From Candidatus Eiseniibacteriota bacterium (GTDB lineage: Bacteria > Eisenbacteria > RBG-16-71-46), in contig JBGPFC010000016.1 of NCBI GenBank assembly GCA_041483195.1, positions 1-64,000 on the forward strand: DNA of 64,000 bases, in the 5' to 3' direction. This document shows positions 59,130-64,000 of the stretch, in pieces. Every line of letters begins with the position of its first letter. Position 1 is the first letter of the stretch. The position numbers and the translations under genes were made by a program. The notes below the pieces were generated by a model. It was not told the DNA's origin. It did not search any database and saw only the letters and a list, made by a program, of their open reading frames with translations.

Positions 59130-60092
59130 TTGCACATGAGCGTGCGCCATCCGATGTCGATCGTTCTGATTGCCGCCGTCTGCTCGGCCCTCTTCGCCGG
59201 CCGCGCGATCAGCGGCCCGTGGCTCCCGGCCCCGGGCGAATACTCCACGGAGCTGCGCGGCAGCCTGTTCTCCGCAGACGACTTCCACAACCGGCTGGGC
59301 CATCGCGAGCAGTTCGCGACCGGCGGGGTGCTCCAGCAGCGCACGGCGCTCTCGTACACCGAGTTCGGCTGGAAGAAAAACGTCAGCGCGGTGCTCGGCA
59401 TTCCGGCCGTGAGCGTGACGCGGCGCAGCGGCACCGGCGCCCCGAACAACACGCAGACCGGGTTGTCGGATCTGAAGTTCGGATTGCGCTTCAAGCTGGC
59501 GGATGGCCCCACCGCGCTCGCGTTCGAGGTGGATTACGGCGCCCCGCTCGGCTACGACCACAACGTGCGGCTCACGAGCGCTCAGCTCCGGGCGGCGGAC
59601 ACCACGTTCGCGCGTGGCCTGACCGGCGGCGATTCCGCCAACGCGGTGCGGCAATCCGCACCGCCGAACCTGGGGCTGGGGCAGCAGGAAGTCACGGCGA
59701 TGCTGCTCTGGGGCGCCGAGATCCGGCCGCTCAAGGGTTTCATCCAGCTCGCGCACGGATATCGTCACCTCGGCCGGGAGGTCTCTGGCCAGGCGCTGCT
59801 CGGCGCCGATCTGGGAATCTGGTTCTTCCCGCGGGTGATGATGGCCGGCCGCTACCAGGGTGCGATCCAGGTCGGTCACGGCACCACTTCCGCCGACGCG
59901 ATCGAAGAACATCTGGTCGGACCGCTGCTCCTCTATCGCGTGGATGACCAGCTCGACGTCTACGCGGGATTCATGAGCACCGCGACCGGGCGGAATACGG
60001 TACACGCCGATCGTTACTACGTCGGAATTTCGATGAAGCAGACCGGACTCAATCGGCTTCAGGGCTTCCTGGGCGGCACGAAGCGCCCCTGA
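59130..60092 (+). CDS. Secreted protein, probable outer-membrane beta-barrel
   Basis: Signal-peptide-like N-terminus; amphipathic strands (YTEFGW, GLSDLKFGLRFKL, ALAFEVDY, YYVGISM); GAGGAGG RBS before TTG 59130 (alternative ATG 59136). Confidence 0.65.
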   Translation: MHMSVRHPMSIVLIAAVCSALFAGRAISGPWLPAPGEYSTELRGSLFSADDFHNRLGHREQFATGGVLQQRTALSYTEFGWKKNVSAVLGIPAVSVTRRSGTGAPNNTQTGLSDLKFGLRFKLADGPTALAFEVDYGAPLGYDHNVRLTSAQLRAADTTFARGLTGGDSANAVRQSAPPNLGLGQQEVTAMLLWGAEIRPLKGFIQLAHGYRHLGREVSGQALLGADLGIWFFPRVMMAGRYQGAIQVGHGTTSADAIEEHLVGPLLLYRVDDQLDVYAGFMSTATGRNTVHADRYYVGISMKQTGLNRLQGFLGGTKRP

Positions 60093-60159
60093 AGTCCGCG
60101 CGGGCCACGCGCGGCGCGCGAGGCCGCGAATCGCCCGGGGGAGGCGACCCATTCGCTCC

Positions 60160-61896
60160 TTGAGCGCTCGGCTGGTCCCCTACCTCGCCCGCTATCGGCG
60201 CGGGCTCGCGTGGGGGCTCGCGTGCGTGGCGCTCGCCAACTTCATCGCGCTCGCGCAGCCGCAGGTGCTGTCGCACGCGGTGGACGACCTCTATCGTGGC
60301 GTCACGGCCGAGAAGCTCGGGCGCTACGCGCTGATCCTGTTCGGGATCGCCCTGGTCGCCGGCGTGTTTCGCTACGGCATGCGCCGGGCGGTGCTCGGCA
60401 TCTCGCGCGACATCGAGTTCGACCTGCGCAACGACCTGTTCGCGCATCTCCAACGGCTGCCGCTCCAGTATTTTCAGCGCACGCGCACCGGCGAGATCAT
60501 GTCGCGCGCGACGAACGACCTCTCGGCGGTCCGCATGATGCTGGGCCCCGGGGTCATGTACCTGGTGAACACCGCCGTGGTCGCCGTGGTGTCGGTCGCG
60601 TTCATGCTCGCGATCAGCCCGCGCATCACGCTCTACGCGATGCTGCCCCTGCCGCTGGTGTCGCTCTCGGCCTGGTTCTTCGGCGAGCGCATTCACCACC
60701 GCTTCGAGGAGATCCAGGCGCACTTCGCAGCGATCTCGGCCCGAGTGCAGGAGAATCTGGCCGGCGTGCGCGTGGTGCGCGCGTTCAATCGCGAGGCGGG
60801 CGAGCTCGCGGACTTCGCGGGCCTCAATCGCGAGTACCTCGATCGCAACGTCCGGCTGATCCAGACCTCCGGCGTGTTCCATCCTTCGCTCGCGTTCCTG
60901 TCGGGACTCGCGGCGCTGCTCGGCCTCTACCTGGGCGGGCGGGAGGTGGTCGGCTCGCGGATCACGCTCGGGCAGTTCGTGGCGTTCACCGTGTACCTCG
61001 CGATGCTCAACTGGCCGATGGTCGCGCTGGGCTGGGTCATCAGCCTGTTTCAGCGCGGGGCGGCCTCCTTCGCCCGCCTCACCGAGATCCTCGACGTGGT
61101 CCCCGAGATCGCGAGCCCGCCGGGCGGCATCGTCCCCGCGCGCTGCCGCGGTGAGATCGAGTTCCGGGATCTCACGTTCACCTATCCGGGAGCGGACCGG
61201 CCCGCGCTGCGCGGGATCTCCTTCACAGTCCCCGCCGGCAGGACCGTGGCGCTGGTGGGCCACACCGGATCGGGAAAGAGCACGCTGCTCGCGTTGATCC
61301 CGCGCGTCTTCGACCCGCCCCCGGGCACGGTGTTCCTCGACGGGGCCGACGTGCGCACGTTGGACCTCGAGGCGCTGCGCGCGCAGATCGCGCCGGCCCC
61401 GCAGGAGACGTTCCTGTTCTCCGCCACGATCGCCGAGAACATCGCGTACGGCGTGGAGCGCTGCGATGCGCCGGCCGTCGAGCGCGCCGCGGGCGTCGCG
61501 CACCTCGACGGAGACGTGTCCGGCTTCCCGGCGGGCTACGCGACGCAGGTCGGCGAGCGCGGCATCACGCTCTCGGGGGGACAGAAGCAGCGGGTCGCGA
61601 TCGCCCGCGCGGTACTGCGCGACGCTTCGGTGCTCATGCTCGACGACTGCCTGTCGAGCGTGGACACGCAGACCGAGGAGGCGATCCTGACGGGCCTGCG
61701 GCGCGAGATGCGCCGCCGCACCACCCTGATCGTTTCGCATCGCGTCAGCACCGTGCACGACGCGGATCTCATTTTGGTCCTCGAGGACGGGGCGATCGTC
61801 GAGCGTGGCGACCACGCCGCCCTGCTCGAACGCGGCGGGCGCTACGCCACCCTGTGGCGCGAGCAGCAGATCGAAGAGGAGCTCGAAGCTTCGTGA
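60160..61896 (+). CDS. ABC exporter, fused TMD-NBD (MdlA-like half of a heterodimer)
   Basis: TGEIMSRATND, GHTGSGKST, LSGGQKQR, Walker B LDDCLSSVD (catalytic Glu replaced, the degenerate site). Confidence 0.92.
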   Translation: MSARLVPYLARYRRGLAWGLACVALANFIALAQPQVLSHAVDDLYRGVTAEKLGRYALILFGIALVAGVFRYGMRRAVLGISRDIEFDLRNDLFAHLQRLPLQYFQRTRTGEIMSRATNDLSAVRMMLGPGVMYLVNTAVVAVVSVAFMLAISPRITLYAMLPLPLVSLSAWFFGERIHHRFEEIQAHFAAISARVQENLAGVRVVRAFNREAGELADFAGLNREYLDRNVRLIQTSGVFHPSLAFLSGLAALLGLYLGGREVVGSRITLGQFVAFTVYLAMLNWPMVALGWVISLFQRGAASFARLTEILDVVPEIASPPGGIVPARCRGEIEFRDLTFTYPGADRPALRGISFTVPAGRTVALVGHTGSGKSTLLALIPRVFDPPPGTVFLDGADVRTLDLEALRAQIAPAPQETFLFSATIAENIAYGVERCDAPAVERAAGVAHLDGDVSGFPAGYATQVGERGITLSGGQKQRVAIARAVLRDASVLMLDDCLSSVDTQTEEAILTGLRREMRRRTTLIVSHRVSTVHDADLILVLEDGAIVERGDHAALLERGGRYATLWREQQIEEELEAS

Positions 61897-63842
61897 GCCA
61901 CGAGGAAGAAGCGCTCGGACGCAGCTACGACCAGCGCCTCATGCGGCGCCTGCTGGGATACCTGCGGCCCTACCGCGGCCGCATGGCCTTCGCGGGCATC
62001 GTCGTGATCGCCGACGCGCTGGTCGGACTCGCCGGACCGTGGCTCACGAAGGAGGCGATCGACAACGGCATCCGTCACCACGATCTGCTCCATCTCGACC
62101 GGGTGGCCATCCTCTACCTGTGCATGCTGGTCGTGGGCTTCGGCCTCGGCTACCTCGAGCACCAGATCATGCAGCGTGTCGGCCAGTACGTGATGATGGA
62201 CCTGCGGATGGCGCTCTTCCGCCATCTCCAGCGCCTGCCGGTCGCCTTCTACGATCGCAATCCGATCGGCCGGCTGATGACGCGCGTCACGAACGACGTG
62301 GACGTGCTGAACGAGCTGGTGACCGCGGGAGTCGTCGCGATCTTCGGCGACCTGTTCGCGCTCGCCGGCATCGTGTTCGCGATGTGGCGTCTCAACGTCG
62401 AGCTGCTCGGCGTGACCTTCACCGTGATCCCGCTCATCCTGATCGTGACCCTGGTGTTCCGCTCGCGCGTGCGCCGGTCGTTCCGCGACATCCGCACGCG
62501 TCTCGCGCGCATGAACGCGTTCCTCAACGAGAACCTCACCGGCATGAGCACGGTCCAGATGCTGAACCGGGAGCGCCGCAACTTCGAGGCATTCCGCGAC
62601 GTGAACGCCGGGCATCGCGACGCCAACATCCAGGCGGTGTTTCTCTACGCGATGTTCTTCCCGGTGCTGGAATTGGTGGGCGCGCTCGCGGTCTCGCTGA
62701 TCGTGTGGTACGGCGGACGCCAGGTGATGTGGACCGGCATCACGCTGGGAACGCTGGTGGCGTTCATCCAGTACACCCAGCGGTTCTTCCGCCCGATCTC
62801 CGACCTGAGCGAGAAGTACAACATCCTGCAGCAGGCGATGGCGTCCTCGGAGCGCATCTTCGACCTCCTCGACACTCCGGCCGATCCCGCGACGCCGGTC
62901 CCGGCGGCCGATCCCGCCCGGCCGCGCGGCACGAGCGGCCCGATCGCGGTGACCGAAGCTGCGAGGCTCGCGCCCGCCGCGGGCGACGGCAACGGCTCAC
63001 CGGTCCGCGAGAAGCCGCTCGAGGGCGGCGTGGAGTTCGACCGGGTGTGGTTCGCGTACCGCGAGCCGCAGTGGGTGATCGAAGACGTCTCCTTCGGCAT
63101 CGCGCCCGGCGAAAAGGTGGCGCTGGTGGGGGCCACCGGCTCTGGCAAGACCACGCTCACCCACCTGCTCCTGCGTTTCTACCGGGCGCAGCGCGGCGAG
63201 ATCCGCGTGGACGGACGCGCGCTCGAGGACCGCGACGCGGGCTGGCTGCGCCGCCACGTGGGCCTCGTCATGCAGGACGTCTTCCTGTTCTCGGGCACGG
63301 TCGAGAGCAATCTGCGGCTCGGGGATCCAGGCGTGTCGCGGGAGGCGCTCGAGCGCGCGGCGCGCGAGGTGCACGCTCACGAGTTCATCTCGCGTCTGCC
63401 CGGGGGATACGACGCCGTGGTGCGCGAGCGCGGCGCGACGCTCTCCTCGGGCCAGAAGCAGCTGCTCGCGTTCGCCCGGGCGCTCGCGCGCGATCCGCGG
63501 CTCCTGATCCTGGACGAAGCGACGTCGTCGGTGGATACCATGACCGAGAGCCTGATCCAGGACGCGCTCCAGCGCCTGATGCGGGGGCGCACCAGCCTCA
63601 TCATCGCGCACCGCCTCTCCACCATCCAGCACGTCGACCGCATCGTGGTGCTCCACCGCGGGCGGGTGCGCGAGGTGGGAACGCACGCGGAGCTGCTCGC
63701 GCTGGACGGAATCTACTCGCGCCTCTACGAGCTGCAGGCGCTGGGTGGTCGCGGCGGCCGTCACGAACCGACACCCTCGGAGTGGGAAACCCCGGAAGAT
63801 ACGGCTGCGACGATGGTTGACAGAGGCTTGAACTTGGCCTAG
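61893..63842 (+). CDS. ABC exporter, fused TMD-NBD (MdlB-like half of a heterodimer)
   Basis: GRLMTRVTND, GATGSGKTT, LSSGQKQL, LDEATSSVD, IAHRLST; GTGA coupling to the upstream gene. Confidence 0.92.
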   Translation: MSHEEEALGRSYDQRLMRRLLGYLRPYRGRMAFAGIVVIADALVGLAGPWLTKEAIDNGIRHHDLLHLDRVAILYLCMLVVGFGLGYLEHQIMQRVGQYVMMDLRMALFRHLQRLPVAFYDRNPIGRLMTRVTNDVDVLNELVTAGVVAIFGDLFALAGIVFAMWRLNVELLGVTFTVIPLILIVTLVFRSRVRRSFRDIRTRLARMNAFLNENLTGMSTVQMLNRERRNFEAFRDVNAGHRDANIQAVFLYAMFFPVLELVGALAVSLIVWYGGRQVMWTGITLGTLVAFIQYTQRFFRPISDLSEKYNILQQAMASSERIFDLLDTPADPATPVPAADPARPRGTSGPIAVTEAARLAPAAGDGNGSPVREKPLEGGVEFDRVWFAYREPQWVIEDVSFGIAPGEKVALVGATGSGKTTLTHLLLRFYRAQRGEIRVDGRALEDRDAGWLRRHVGLVMQDVFLFSGTVESNLRLGDPGVSREALERAAREVHAHEFISRLPGGYDAVVRERGATLSSGQKQLLAFARALARDPRLLILDEATSSVDTMTESLIQDALQRLMRGRTSLIIAHRLSTIQHVDRIVVLHRGRVREVGTHAELLALDGIYSRLYELQALGGRGGRHEPTPSEWETPEDTAATMVDRGLNLA

Positions 63843-63845
63843 CAT
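63817..63845 (+). promoter_or_regulatory. Sigma70 promoter for the downstream XRE gene
   Basis: TTGACA - 17 nt - TAGCAT, inside the end of the upstream CDS. Confidence 0.6.
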
Positions 63846-63890
63846 TTCTAAACTTGTTTCACTGTCTCCCAACATCCGGCGGGGCCCCCC

Positions 63891-64000
63891 ATGCAACTCG
63901 GCAGGAAGATCCGCGACTTGAGGCTGCGCCGCGGCCTCACCGTCCAGCAGCTCGCCCAGGCGAGCGGTCTCTCGAAGGGATTCATCAGCCAGGTCGAGAA
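63891..64000 (+). CDS. XRE-family HTH regulator, 5' part (runs off the window end)
   Basis: Hand translation MQLGRKIRDLRLRRGLTVQQLAQASGLSKGFISQVE; not in the ORF track. Confidence 0.85.
   Translation, partial: MQLGRKIRDLRLRRGLTVQQLAQASGLSKGFISQVE

Noticed and set aside
60160..61896. Missing catalytic Glu in the first ABC half as a sign of pseudogenisation
   Set aside because: A degenerate site is normal for heterodimeric exporters.

Overview
A very GC-rich bacterial chromosomal window, mostly housekeeping, probably from a poorly characterised lineage: the partial 16S gene carries both the PLA46 and EUB338-I target sites. In order it holds: the 5' end of an rrn operon with tandem sigma70 promoters; tyrS; a class A PBP; an ArsB/NhaD-type permease; an alr-deoB-cdd-deoC-pdp nucleoside salvage operon; mazG and DUF1844; a putative operon (57% acidic small protein, SpeD-family decarboxylase, speB, rlmI); tRNA-Asp; a three-gene enediyne-type polyketide cassette (UnbL/E3, iterative PKSE, E10-type thioesterase); murQ-anmK-SpoIID lipoprotein; mutM; an ABC-2 exporter; a motif-degenerate DEAD-box protein; an AlaX-type editor; a sigma54 activator with no sensor domain; moaC-moeA; a TPR membrane protein; a nuo operon lacking nuoI; etfBA; XRE-cupin regulators; lysA; mobA; a 2-hydroxyacid dehydrogenase; a secreted/outer-membrane protein; and a heterodimeric ABC exporter. 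The standout is the enediyne-type cassette: it lacks E4/E5 and any tailoring genes in this window, sits among core genes and is linked to a 16S marker. Secondary highlights are a DeoC with a microcompartment-encapsulation-like peptide, a SpeD homologue that may be an arginine decarboxylase, and a perfectly symmetric bidirectional promoter. No CRISPR array, integrase or transposase was seen. All calls come from reading motifs by eye; no database searches were run.
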